A stretch of 64,000 bases of DNA from Macrostomum lignano. Its lineage: Eukaryota. Positions 1 to 11,738 of the stretch are shown here, in pieces. The stretch is from contig NIVC01000269.1 in the NCBI GenBank assembly GCA_002269645.1, positions 670,687-734,686 on the forward strand, in the 5' to 3' direction. The notes beneath the pieces are model-generated. The model ran no database searches. It saw only the letters and a list, made by a program, of their open reading frames with translations, and was not told the origin of the DNA. Position 1 is the stretch's first letter, and each line of letters starts with the position of its first letter. A program made the translations under genes and the position numbers.

Positions 1-448
1 AAATATAAATAAAACTTAAAAACATATCAACAATTGTTGGTAATGCCATCGATACAATATAAATATACCAAAAAACTGTACATGTAATATGTTCATTTAA
101 TGTAAATTTTAACACAAAAATTACTTTAGTGTTCTTCGGCAGGAACCATTGTGAGTACGAAGCTGAAAACTCAGATCTGGAAGGAAAAATTATCAATCTA
201 GAAGCCTACAAGACGCCAAGGCTCCATCTGTTCCCTACTCGAACTTACAGACTCCCAAGTCCCCCCCCCCGCTTAGTACATTAATATGCAGAAAGTGACT
301 TTATAGTGTACTTCGGCAGGAACCATTGTGAGTACGAAGCTGAAAACTGAGATCTGGAAGGAAACATAATCAATCTAGAAGCCTACAAGACGCCAAGGCT
401 CCATCTGTTCGAACTTACAGACTCTTGAATGCCCCCGCTCAGTCCATT
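1..448. repeat. Left inverted arm (partial) with ~2 copies of the 172-bp unit
   Basis: Reverse-complement match to the right arm, including the unit variant cccccgcttagtacattaatatgcagaaag. Confidence 0.9.
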
Positions 449-1085
449 ATCCCCTCTCAGACGGCAGGGCGCTGTGTGTTGCTTCTGTTGCGGCACTGCC
501 ATTTGCGACTTCAATTGTTAATGCTTGAAATTACTTGTTGTACTAATAGATAATAGGTCTTTGTACGAAGCTGTCGCTTTTGTTTATTTTGTTTGATGTG
601 CCTTTTGTCAGACGTTTTCTGTGTTTTTTATTGTAATACTTTTATCTTTCGTCTGATGCTGTCAATGTGCTCTGTGCCGTCTTCTGTCTGTTTTTATTCC
701 CTCTTAGTCCCTGCTCGCCGCATTAAACCTCGTCTGTAAGCCCCCAATTCTTATGTGTTTAGTCTCATGGTATGAAAGAGCTTTACGCTTAGATCTGCCC
801 GATTGAATGGATCGTCCAATAAGGATGCTTCTGCTTAATTCCATGGACGACGATTCCCCGTTGCTCACTCCATATATGCAGCTGCTTTCATTGTTGTCCA
901 ACTTAAACTCGCCATCATAGCTTTCTGTCTTGTCTCTTCATTCGCATTTGCCTACTGGCTGCTCTTGTGTTGCTTTGTGACGGAACACACAATCGGCGCA
1001 TATCGTTTCTGGATTTGTCCAAAAATTTGTTTCAAGAGTACAGTGACGGAAGTCTTAGAAAGTCCTTTCGCTGCCCATATGGTGC

Positions 1086-4000
1086 TTGCGGGCAAATACT
1101 TGGAAAAATCTCAGCAAAAATAGTTTAGAAAATCGTCGAATTGTATGGCTATTCTACCAAAGGAAGATCGTTGGAGGTAAGTCAACTATCCCGACTAAAT
1201 CTAGTTACAAATTTTCTATTCCAAATGATAGGAGGAAAGCTTCTTTTGTTGCTGGTAAGAGTGCTGCTGGTGCTGCTGGTAGGAGTGCTGCAGGTGCTGC
1301 TGGTGTTGCAGGGAGGAGTGCTGCCGGTGTTGCTGGGAGGAGTGCTGCTTCTGTTGCTGGGAGGAGTGCTGCTTCTGTTGCTGCGAGGAGTGCTGCTGGT
1401 GTTGTTGTTGTTGTTGGTTGTTGTTGTTGGCGTTGCCGTACCACAGCCCTACTCTCTCTTCAGTCTAACCCGTTCTCGGAACTCGTTCCAAAGGGCCCGG
1501 TGCTGGTGTTGCTGGGAGGAGTGCTGCTTCTGTTGCTGGGAGGAGTGCTGCTTCTGTTGCTGCGAGGAGTGCTGCTGGTGCTGCTGGTGTTGCTGGTGTT
1601 GCTTTGAGGGGTGCTGCTGGTGTTGCTTTGAGGGGTGCTGCTGGTGTTGCTTTGAGGGGTGCTGCTTCTGTTGCTGGGAGGAGTGCTGCTGGTGTTGCTG
1701 CGAGGGGTGCTGCTTCTGTTACTGCGAGGAGTGCTGCTGGTGCTGCTGGTGTTGCTGGTGTTGCCTGTGTTGCTGGGAGGAGTGCTGTCGGTGCTGCTGG
1801 TGCTGCTAGGAGGGCTGGTGCTGGGAGTGATGATGTTGGGAGTGATGATGCTGGGAGTGATGATGTTGGGAGTGATGATGCTGGGAGTGATGATGCTGGG
1901 AGTGATGATGTTGGGAGTGATGATGCTGGGAGTGATGCTGCTGGGAGTGATGATGTTGGGAGTGATGCTGTTGGGAGTGATGATGTTGGGAGTGATGCTG
2001 CTGGGAGTGATGATGCTGGGAGTGATGCTGCTGGGAGTGATGATGTTGGGAGTGATGCTGCTGGGAGTGATGATGCTGGGAGTGATGATGTTGGGAGTGA
2101 TGCTGGTCGGAGTGATGATGCGGAGAGCAGTGATGCTGTGAAGCAATTTCATAATTCGAATTTTATTATTAAGTTGTCTTTTGATAGGTGGCAAAAAAAT
2201 ATGAAAATTAGGCAGAGTCAGAAGAATCATGCTGCACTCACGCGGAGTGCAGCATCATGGTGGCTGGATACGTTGAGGGAAAACTATCGAAGCTATTGCT
2301 CTGCTAGTGAACAGGGAAGTAATTGTGTGTTGAAATTCAAAATATTTTTTAAAACAAGTCGCTTTTTGTCAGCACGCTGGTTGCGAGATCGTTCACGATT
2401 TCAGAATTTCCAACGTACTCACCTCAAATCAGCCAGTGCAGAGGTAGTGGTACATAGCAGGGGCAGAAAATGTCACCAAAAAGCAACGATTTCGAGAATG
2501 ACCCCTGCGGAGGCGCAAAAGATAACGAAGCTGCTTGAAGCCGATGCACCAACAGAGGTTCACGATAGGCTTCTTTCCGAAATGTCTAAGAGAGACAGAG
2601 ACGAGTACAACTTCTCAAGAGCAAAGAATTTAGATGCCATTCGGCGCGTCAATGCAAAGCGTATTGTTTCTGCTGAAGATCGTCTCCACAATAATGTTGA
2701 AGTCGAACCCTCTGTGCAGCAGCAAATTTTGCACGATACAGATGTGGAGAGTAAGTACGTGCTAGGCTACATTCAAGCCACATCACGTCACCCTTATCAC
2801 CTTCATTTGTATCTGGAAAAGCAACTTGAATTAATAGTCAACAGGACTCAGTGTGTATTGCATCTTGACGCGACTGGCGGCATTTTCAAAAAGATCCAGC
2901 GCCTAGGCAAAAAGATGATGCTGTACTCCCTAGTACTTCCCTCCGCCAACCAGGAAACACGCAGTGTACCAGTGGCTGAGATGGTTACAAGCGATCATAA
3001 AACAAAATCAATTCAACATTTCCTATTCTCTGTGCGAGCTGATTTAGGAGCACTCGCTTCCGGCACACTGATGTCATACGAGTTTATGTCGGCTGTAATT
3101 GTCACCGAATTTTCATGGGCGATGTTGCATTCAGTTTGTCGGTAATTTGGAAACAGCTTAGAGGAATACCTGGTCGATTCATCCGAGGCAGTTCACAGTG
3201 GGAGGTCCATATCGTACACGATTCCGTTTATTTGCACTAATCATGCAATTCATGCATTTGCCCGAGGCATCAAAGCAAAAGGAACTGTCGACAAAGCCGT
3301 TCGAGAACTTTTTATAAATTCATTCGTTCTGCTTATTCACCAGGAAACTTTTGAGGCGTTTGAGTTCACATTGAATATCGTAACAGAAACATTCCTAGGG
3401 CAGCGCCATCCTCGGGACTTAATAAATCAAATCAATCAATGGGAAACGACTCACACCACAACCGATGAAAACATTTTGCTAGACATTAACGAAAAAGTAA
3501 AAAACCCTAAACCTTATGACGATAAATCACATGCTATTCGAATTAAATCGCTCCGAGAAAACTCGCCATTCTTTAGCCTGTTTCTGGCAAGGCAGAAAAT
3601 AATTGACAGCACTGAGCCTTCTAACACTTCTAAAATATTATTCTCCGCAGCTGCTGATTTACCTTCTAAAAAACTGGTGCAGCCTGGCGCCTCTCTTTTG
3701 TCATTTTATAGCTGCTCTAAAAAGATTTGAGAAGAAAAAGAGCTGGTTTTCAAATTCATACGTTGAATCATACTTTGCCGACGTGAAATCACGCATATCA
3801 AAGAGAGGAAAGAGAGTGCGCACGACATGTTTTGTTGAAATGCAGTTGAAGTACTTGAAAGCTCGCATATCTGCATTCAATATATTTAACAAGTGTGGAA
3901 AAGCTACATTGTCAGGACGAAAGAGAAAGCGTGAGGACATTTCATCATGCTAGGAGGAGTGGAAAAAACGTGAATAAAATACGCGCTCGAAATATAAACG

Positions 4001-4877
4001 GCAGAAAACAAGTCAAAGAGCCCACCGTACCAACCCAATGACATCTGGTCCATCAGGCACGCACGACCAAGAGCACTCAGAGGTTTGGTACACTCGGGCG
4101 GGAGACTTCCTGAGCAGGTACGACAAAGATTCTTTAGCACCAGGGCAGTGGCTGTCCATCGGCATCGTGAATGCTTTTATCCATCTTCTCTGCGTTAGCA
4201 ACCCGGATCGTGAAGTTGGTCACTTGCCGTCCAGTTTCTTCAACTGCATCCGAAACGTAGATTCGAATGATGCACTGAGGATGCTACAGAACTCTGTTTC
4301 AACCGGTTGCAAGCGCCTACTGAGTCCCATTTTAGAAAACGACCACTTTCACTTAGTCTATATTGATTTGAGCACAAAGCAACTTGCAGTCTTAGACACA
4401 AGGCCAATTAGGAACAGCAACATAACAAATCGATACATTGAGCTTTGGCACAGGTTCATCAACACGGCCCAAGTAAAGATGTGCGTTCCGAGTGTTCAAG
4501 GAAAATATAGGAATAAATCGATGCTAAGATCCATTCAAGCAGATGGCTACAACTGTGGAGTCTTTGTGTGCTTGTACGCAAAAGTATTGATCACATCTAA
4601 CGATAATGAATTCAGGTCTTTGTGCTTTCCAACTTCGAGGCAATTTTTTAACAAAGCAAGAACCCATATTTGGGAATATTTAGAAGGCACAGCCTATTCG
4701 AATAATGGAAACGCAAACTCGTGCATACTCTGCAACGAAGCAGAAGCTAGAGAGAGTGGTACATGGCTACAATGCGACCTCTGTGACTCATGGATACACA
4801 TTGAATGCGCCTCTCCAGAGATGCTCCAGCGCCACAGCGCTCATGGCTATGTGTGCTGCTGCGTGCCATACAACTAA
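1086..4877 (+). pseudogene. Decayed MULE/NOF-like transposase + Ulp1 (C48) cysteine protease + PHD finger
   Basis: Motifs: LHLDATGG (first D), PVAEMVTSDH, VTEFSWAMLHSV (second-D position, here E), ICTNH (CxxH), SNSYVESYF (E), Ulp1 NDHFHLVYID..AVLD..QADGYNCGVFV, PHD CILC..WLQCDLCDSWIHIECA..YVCCC. Reading continues past TAA 3143-3145 in the same frame, shifts frame near 3720, then passes TAG 3951-3953 and a TAA near 3975 into ORF 4038-4877. Confidence 0.85.
1255..2125 (+). repeat. Low-complexity coding minisatellites (GRSAA-type units and 15-bp GSDD[A/V] units) upstream of the transposase core
   Basis: Repeats of gggagtgatgatg(c/t)t are in frame with ORF 1604-3145. They also explain the spurious overlapping ORFs on both strands. 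Confidence 0.9.
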
Positions 4878-4918
4878 AGTTTTTCTTTGACTTTCACCGG
4901 CTTTGTGCGAACACATTG

Positions 4919-5453
4919 TTGTAAATACTCGTCTGCGTATTTGGCATATACTATCTGAAATTGTAAATACTCGTCTGCGTATTTTGCATATACTATCTGA
5001 AATTGTAAATACTCGTCTGCGTATTTGGCATACACTATCTGAAATTGTAAATACTCGTCTGCGTATTTTGCATATACTATCTGAAATTGTAAATACTCGT
5101 CTGCGTATTTGGCATATACTATCTGAAATTGTAAATACTCGTCTGCGTATTTGGCATACACTATCTGAAATTGTAAATACTCGTCTGCGTATTTGGCATA
5201 TACTATCTGAAATTGTAAATACTCGTCTGCGTATTTTGCATATACTATCTGAAATGGTAAATACTCGTCTGCGTATTTTGCATATACTATCTGAAATTGT
5301 AAATACTCGTCTGCGTATTTGGCATATACTATCTGAAATTGTATATACTCGTCTGCGTATTTGGCATATACTATCTGAAATGGTAAATACTCGTCTGCGT
5401 ATTTTGCATATACTATCTGAAATTGTAAATACTCGTCTGCGTATTTTGCATAT
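4919..5453. repeat. 42-bp tandem minisatellite, ~13 copies
   Basis: gtaaatactc recurs every 42 bp from 4921 to 5425. Each unit contains AAATAC-8nt-GTATTT dyad symmetry. Confidence 0.95.
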
Positions 5454-5459
5454 AGCGTC

Positions 5460-7237
5460 CTTTAAAAAATCATAGTTGCGTCATGTAAAAATCATAGAAG
5501 CGTCATGCAAACAATAATAGAAGCGTCATGGTAAAATCATAGAAGCGTCATGCAAACAATCATAGAAGCCTCATATAAAAACTAATGAAAGTGTCATTTA
5601 AAAAATTAAGAAGAATAATGGAAGAATAAAAGAAGCGTCATGTAAAAATCAAAAGAAGCGCCATGTCAGACATGAAAGGTGTCATATAAAAATTAAATGA
5701 AGCTATAGTACAGTGCTGTGCTGGGGAGAATTACTGAGACGTCAAGGCTCACAGAGAATAACTGAGATTACAGGTGGGGGGGGGGGTTTCTGAGATGTCA
5801 AAGCAAAAGTCAGAAGCTACTTCAAAGTTCATGTACTTTACTCAATTTTTATTACATTCATTGTTGGCTCGCCACAGGGGGGCGCTGATAGAAGCAGAGT
5901 CATGTAAAAAATAAAAGTAGCACTATGTATACATATAAGAAAAGTCATGTCGAAGTTAAAAGATTCATTTGGGAATTGCTACAATGTCAAAGCTTGGTGG
6001 AAATCGTTATAGTGCTGTGATTCTTAAAGAAGGAAACACTAAAATGCCAAGGCTTAGGGGAGAAGAATTGCTGAGATTTCAAGGCTTTAGGTTGGGTTAA
6101 AGTTAGGTTTAGGTCAGGTGTGGGTTGAGGGTTATATTTTATCGGGTTTCAAGGTTAACAGGGGATTTTTTTAGATTTCAAGATTTATGGGGGGCATCGC
6201 TGACATGTCAAGGCTTACGGGGGGAATAGCTGAGATGTCAAGGCTCACGGGGGTATAAATGAGATTTCAAGGCTAAAGTCAGAAGCTACATGTAGTTTAA
6301 TGAAAACTTTTTATTACATTTTTTGTTGGCTCCTCAGGGCTCACTGATAGAAAAAGCATAATGTAAAAAATAAAAGAAGCTTCATGTCGAATTTAAGAGA
6401 TTCATTTGGGAATCCCTACGATGTCGAGGCTTGCAGGGAATCGCTATAACGCTGTAGTAGTGCTATAATGACTCAGAATTACTGAAATTTCAATGCTTTA
6501 GGGTTAGGTTAGGGTTAGGGTTAGGGTTAGGGTTAGGCTAGGGTTAGGGTTAGGGTTAGGGTTAGGCTAGGGTTAGGGTTAGGGTTAGGCTAGGGTTAGG
6601 GTTAGAAGGTTGACAGATTTTTTTAGACTTCAAGGCTTATTTGGGGCATCGCTGAGATGTCAAGGGGGGGAGTTGATTTGTTAAAGCTTGTGGGGGGAAT
6701 TACTGACATTTCAAGGCTTACAAGGGACTTCTGAGGTATATTGCAAAGAGATGCTACATGTAGTTTATTACAAAACTTGTACTGTATTTTTGGCTCCCTA
6801 ACGCTAAGATACTAAGCTAAAAAATAATACTAGCTCTTCACAAACTTATGCAGATGTCAGGCTGTAGGGTTAGTGTTAGGGTTGGTATTAGGGTTTAGGT
6901 TTAGGGTTAGGTTCAGGGTTATTGCGTTAAGATTCGGGTTAGGGTTAGGGTTAGGGTAGCTTATAACTTGGCTCATTTAGCTTATTAAAAATGTTTATCA
7001 TGGAAGCATCATGCAAAAATAATGGAAGCGTCATGCAAAAACAATGGAAGCGTCATGCCAAAAATCATAGAAGCATCGATCATGCAAAAACTCATGGACA
7101 AAATATTGAATTTAGGGTTTTGGTTAGGGTTAGAATTTTGACAGGAGATTTTTTAAGATTTCAAGGCTACATGTAGCTTATTAAAAATACGTGTATTGCA
7201 TTTCTTTGGCTCCCCAACGGGGGGCGTAGATTGCTAG
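5460..7237 (+). mobile_element. Non-autonomous Helitron-like element with internally repeated 3' modules and TTAGGG patches
   Basis: Ends in a GC hairpin (GCTCCCC-AAC-GGGGGGC, 7209-7225), 8 nt, then CTAG (7234-7237) followed by T. Similar modules recur near 5866, 6328 and 6792. A related copy lies at 52.5-53.3 kb. The 5' end is not defined. Confidence 0.55.
6503..6604 (+). repeat. Interstitial telomere-like (TTAGGG)n block with CTAGGG/TTAGGC variants
   Basis: Read directly from the sequence. More degenerate blocks lie at ~6090-6130, 6867-6958 and 7115-7135. Confidence 0.95.
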
Positions 7238-7886
7238 TCTTCTGTATAAAATCATGACATAAACTAGCCAACATAAACATTTAGCATAACAAAGCTAATA
7301 CCTTATACAGTAAAAAACTTGTACATGCTAAATATCATACGCATGAGAGAGCCAATAGCTCAGCAAAGAATACAATGCGGAAAATGCTCAAGCAACATTT
7401 CTTTGTGCATTTAACGAATTTTCTGCAAATCACAAAAACTTTGTGAGAAACTCTGCCAAAGCCAGTCCCAAGCCTGGTTGCAAAAAGAGGAGGGTAGCAA
7501 AGTTAACGAATTCACAAGCAAGGCAAAAACATGTTATAAAAAAATTGCAATGAACACGTGACCAAGAAAAAAACCTTTAGCCAACCGGACCGAAAGGAAC
7601 AAGAAGACGCAGGGGGTGGCGGCGAAAAGGCGGGCGAAACGAGCCCAGCGAGAGCGAGTGTATTTGACGCGAAATTGAAGTACGAGTATTACAAGCGATG
7701 GGATAAAAGCAGAGGGATAAAAAGAGGGGAAAGGCAGTGGGCAAAGTCAAGCGCACAAGAAAAAAAATTTAGCCAAGCATGCCAGCGCTGAGGGGCAGAG
7801 TACGCGAATAAAAGGGCCAACGCGACCCCAACCCCCACCACCCCACACCACGCACACAACACACCGCACCCACACCCCCACCCAGC

Positions 7887-8700
7887 ACAGAGGCAAAGGC
7901 TCGCTTGCACTCAGCTTCTGTCCTCGCCATGACAAGAAAATCATCTATGAAGACACTGGTGGCCAGGAAGCCTTTGCGGCATATCATACGCCGAACCGCT
8001 TGAGTGAGACGATGGAAGATGCTGACAGAGGCACGACTGCCGAATGGTAGCCGCGTGTTCACTAAGTAAGCCGAGCGCCCGTCACCGAAATCCCAGTGAA
8101 TCCCGGTGGCTTGGTAGCACTGCGGAGAAATGGGCACAGCACGGTAGGCGGACGCGATGTCAACCTTCGCCATGAACCAGCCCGGTTGCATCAAATTAAC
8201 GGCCTCATCGACAGAAGTGAAGCGGAGCTTGCGCTGATGGGCGTAGTGGTCGTTCAGGCTTTGGCGGTGAGGAACGGAGCAGTCATGGATCAGCCACATG
8301 CTGGCACTGTCCTTAGGAATCGCGCCGAGTTTGCAGACCATCGTGGGCTTGTCCGCCACCGGGATGTATCTGCCCAGACGGATTTCTTCTTCTAGGGCTG
8401 CTTGGACTTGGTCGCGCTTTTGGTAGGAGGATTGGTAGTTGCGTAAAAAACAGGGCGTAAAATCAAGGTCATCAGCGATAGGGAAGCCATGCTTGATGCT
8501 GTCAAGAATAAAATCAGCGTCGTGGTCACCGGCGAGCTCCTGGCGCCAGGCGTCGATTCAAAGATGACCAGACGGCCGCGTCAGAGCAGAGATTTGAGTA
8601 AGCGGCCTGAGGAGGCCCGCCGCTGGGGCAGGCTGCGTCGGGTTGATAAAATCAGAAGGCGTAAAATCGGCTGTGCGCGCGCAATCGGCGCGCTTTCTCA
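7887..8700 (-). pseudogene. DIRS/Ngaro reverse transcriptase, truncated after the palm
   Basis: WRQELAGDHDADFILDSIKHGF, LGAIPK..LIHDCS, MAKVDIASAYRAVPI, RLPFGSRAS, FIDDFLV. There is an in-frame TGA near 8553, and the ORF is fused to repeat A at ~7887. Confidence 0.85.
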
Positions 8701-9615
8701 GTTTTTTGAGTGATTCTGCTCAGAGTGGTTGCCCTCGCACACTCGGCAGGCATGCAGATAGCGGCAGTTCGTTCTTGAGCATCCATTGGTGCTGTTGAAA
8801 GACAGACAAAGCTCACGACCCGAGGATGTTCGCGGCCTAACGATGCGGTTCTTGATAGGCTGGGGGTGCCTAGCTGTCTGGTTTTGCTGGTCAGTCTTGG
8901 TGCTGAGCAGGTGCTTGATAGACATCTGGGAGCAGTCTTTGCTCCAGCGGAGACTGTTGGCGGCGCGGTGCTGGCGGTAGTCGTGGTCGAATCGGACCAC
9001 CCGATGCACCGAAAAGCGGTCGAAAAACTCGGCCACTTGGATGTTGTACCGGGCGTAGTCCTTGGCTTGTTCCACCGGGGTGTACGGCTGGCCCTTGCTA
9101 GTTACCTGATACGACGTCACGTCGAGCATCTGCAGCAGGATCCTCATGCTGCCTGATAGCCACTGTCCGACTGTCATGCCGTCTAATTTAGTTGTCGACT
9201 TCTTGAGCACCAGTCCGCCTGAGCTGCCCCGGGTGAGCAGCTCGTCTGCTTGGCCCGACAGGTCGTCGACGAAGTCTTTGACGAGCAGACACGGCATCCC
9301 AGTCGACCGGGGACTGGCATTCGCGCAGACGGTGCCTGTTTGGTTCAGGATTTCAGCGATAATGTTTTGATGCTCACCTGATTCCGTACCTGATGTTGCT
9401 CCCGCGTTTGTAGCTCCACGAGCTGCAGCCGCTTCTGGGCCTGCCGGATCTCGCCGTCCAGGTCCGCCTCCTGCGTGTCCCGGCCTCGCAGCTCCGTCCG
9501 CTCGCCCCGTGATGCCATTCGATCTGAGTGCTGTGCTGCATCCGCTTGGATCTCTGTCTGATCGATGTGCTGGCACAGTCTGGCTAGTAAGGCTGCTTTG
9601 TTGCCTGCCGTTCAT
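8698..9615 (-). CDS. Ngaro/DIRS Gag-like ORF1 (305 aa) with C-terminal Cys/His finger
   Basis: ..VVRFDHDYRQHRAANSLRW.. and CLSFNSTNGCSRTNCRYLHACRVCEGNH are typical of DIRS/Ngaro ORF1. Confidence 0.75.
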   Translation of the reverse strand: MNGRQQSSLTSQTVPAHRSDRDPSGCSTALRSNGITGRADGAARPGHAGGGPGRRDPAGPEAAAARGATNAGATSGTESGEHQNIIAEILNQTGTVCANASPRSTGMPCLLVKDFVDDLSGQADELLTRGSSGGLVLKKSTTKLDGMTVGQWLSGSMRILLQMLDVTSYQVTSKGQPYTPVEQAKDYARYNIQVAEFFDRFSVHRVVRFDHDYRQHRAANSLRWSKDCSQMSIKHLLSTKTDQQNQTARHPQPIKNRIVRPRTSSGRELCLSFNSTNGCSRTNCRYLHACRVCEGNHSEQNHSKN

Positions 9616-9929
9616 AGCCCTCGGCTACCAAGCTCATTCTTGAGTTGTTTGGCTGTTAGCTTGTCAGCGCGGAGCATATTGGCAGTGAGATATCGATATC
9701 TTAGGTAGCCAAAAAGATTTTAGCCAAGCACGCCAACGCTGAAGGGCAGAGTACATGAATAAAAGGGCCAACCCACACCTCAACCCTAACGGCAAACCCA
9801 ATCCTCACCACCCACACCCCACCCAGCGGGAAAAGGCACCGGACCCGGTCAGCTAAAACCGATTATAGAGCCAGTAAAACCGGCCATGAAATCGAAACAT
9901 TATTTCGGGAAATTCTCATCCAGCTGACA

Positions 9930-10916
9930 AAGTACTTTCTGCAACTGAGTGTACTGAGCAGGGGGGACTTGGGAGTCTGTAAGTTCGAGTAGGGAACAGA
10001 TGGAGCCTTGGCGTCTTGTAGGCTTCTAGATTGATAATGTTTCCTTTCAGATCTGAGTTTTCAGCTTCGTACTCACAATGGTTCCTGCCGAAGTACACTA
10101 AAGTACTTTCTGCAGCTGAATGTACTGAGCAGGGGGGGACTTGGGAGTCTGTAAGTTCGAGTAGGGAACAGATGGAGCCTTGGCGTCTTGTAGGCTTCTA
10201 GATTGATAATGTTTCCTTCCAGATCTCAGTTTTCAGCTTCGTACTCACAATGGTTCCTGCCGAAGTACACTAAAGTACTTTCTGCATATTAATGTACTAA
10301 GCGGGGGGGGGACTTGGGAGTCTGTAAGTTTGAGTAGGGAACAGATGGAGCTTTGGCGTCTTGTAGGCTTTTATATTGATAATGTTTCCTTCCAGATCTC
10401 AGTTTTCAGCTTCGTACTCACAATGGTTCCTGCCGAAGTACACTAAAGTACTTTCTGCAGTTGAGTGTACTGAGCAGGGGGGACTTGGGAGTCTGTAAGT
10501 TTGAGTAGGGAACAGATGGAGCCTTGGCGTCTTGTAGGCTTCTAGATTGATAATGTTTCCTTCCAGATCTGAGTTTTCAGCTTCGTACTCACAATGGTTC
10601 CTGCCGAAGTACACTAAAGTACTTTCTGCATATTAATGTACTAAGCGGGGGGGGGGACTTGGGAGTCTGTAAGTTCGAGTAGGGAACAGATGGAGCCTTG
10701 GCGTCTTGTAGGCTTCTAGATTGATAATGTTTCCTTCCAGATCTCAGTTTTCAGCTTCGTACTCACAATGGTTCCTGCCGAAGAACACTAAAGTAATCTT
10801 TGTGTTAAAATTTACATTAAATGAACATATTACATGTACAGTTTTTTGGTATATTTATATTGTATCGATGGCATTACCAACAATTGTTGATATGTTTTTA
10901 AGTTTTATTTATATTT
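9930..10916. repeat. Right inverted arm: five ~172-bp tandem units plus unique outer segment
   Basis: aagtactttct occurs at 9930, 10101, 10273, 10446 and 10617, with a variant at 10791. Two unit variants are present. Confidence 0.92.
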
Positions 10917-11738
10917 GTTTCAAGGTTTGATTAGCTAGAATGTTTAATTTCGGTGTTTTACTTTTAGTTTTCAAATAGGCATTTCAATAGGCATTAAGTT
11001 GCTGTAATGTAATTCGCTGAAACGAAATATGTTGAACGCTGTGCTGTGGTAACGCTTATAACAATTGCTAGAGTTGATTTTTTACTATTTTAGACTATTT
11101 TCTTGGTTATTTTTCGTTTTTTACTTGTATTTTGTATTTTATTTTTTGGTACTGGTTCTGGTACTGGTTCTGGTACTGGGAGTATAGCTGACATGTCTAT
11201 AGACTAAATCTAAACTTGACCTTTTTGTATAAAAAAAACAACTAGTCTAGGCCTATTATGGATGCCAAGCAGCCAATGTTGGACTTTAAAATTGTATATT
11301 CCAAGTGCATATTAAGATTCTTAGTGAGGGGCAAAAATATGCCAGCCTAGAATTTTCCAATGTAAAGACCATCCTCGGCCTAGCTCTAGGCTAGGCCCTA
11401 ATCCATGGTCCAAGTCCATGAACAAGGTTACATTAGGCCTATGAGAGCCCTGGATATAGGGCCTACTCGTAATAGGTAAGATTAAATCAGTAGAATAAAT
11501 AAATGAACACAGATACTGATAGTTTCAAAGCGTTTAGGAGAACTCTTAAGTCTTAAGTCTCTAAGTTTGGGTAAAATGATATAATCTGAACTTTAAAAAT
11601 AGCTTTCTGAAATTTGAACTAGGTATCAGTAGTATTATTGTTTTTTGTTTACATTAAAGCATCGAGTAAAATATTTTTAGGACCTTTCTGAAAACTTTAG
11701 GAATTGGACTTTTTGAAATAAAAATATTGCCACAAGTT

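Larger units (their letters stand above)
7557..9827 (-). mobile_element. Ngaro/DIRS-type tyrosine-recombinase retrotransposon, internally deleted, with split direct repeats
   Basis: The direct repeat A lies at 9711-9827 and again at ~7760-7886, followed by a B-like segment ~7557-7759. A gag ORF and a DIRS-type RT lie between the A copies. RNase H and YR are absent. Confidence 0.75.
1..11190 (+). mobile_element. Foldback-type Mutator-superfamily DNA transposon (NOF-FB/Rehavkus-like), left end outside the window
   Basis: Bases 1-~448 are the reverse complement of ~10470-10916 (position 1 aaatataaataaaac mirrors gttttatttatattt ending 10916). Both arms contain ~172-bp tandem units. The interior has a MULE-type DDE transposase fused to Ulp1 and PHD domains. 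The right terminus at ~11190 is an estimate. Confidence 0.8.

Noticed and set aside
1141-2230. Long ORFs 1141-1809, 1205-1444, 1460-2230 and 1659-2141 (mucin-like, Leu/Cys-rich)
   Set aside because: They are alternative frames of the stop-free minisatellite; only the frame running into the transposase is supported.
4919-5453. CRISPR-like array (regular, palindromic repeats)
   Set aside because: Units are contiguous with no unique spacers, there are no cas genes, and the context is eukaryotic.
6503-6960. True telomere or chromosome end
   Set aside because: Short, degenerate, interstitial and embedded in a dispersed repeat family.
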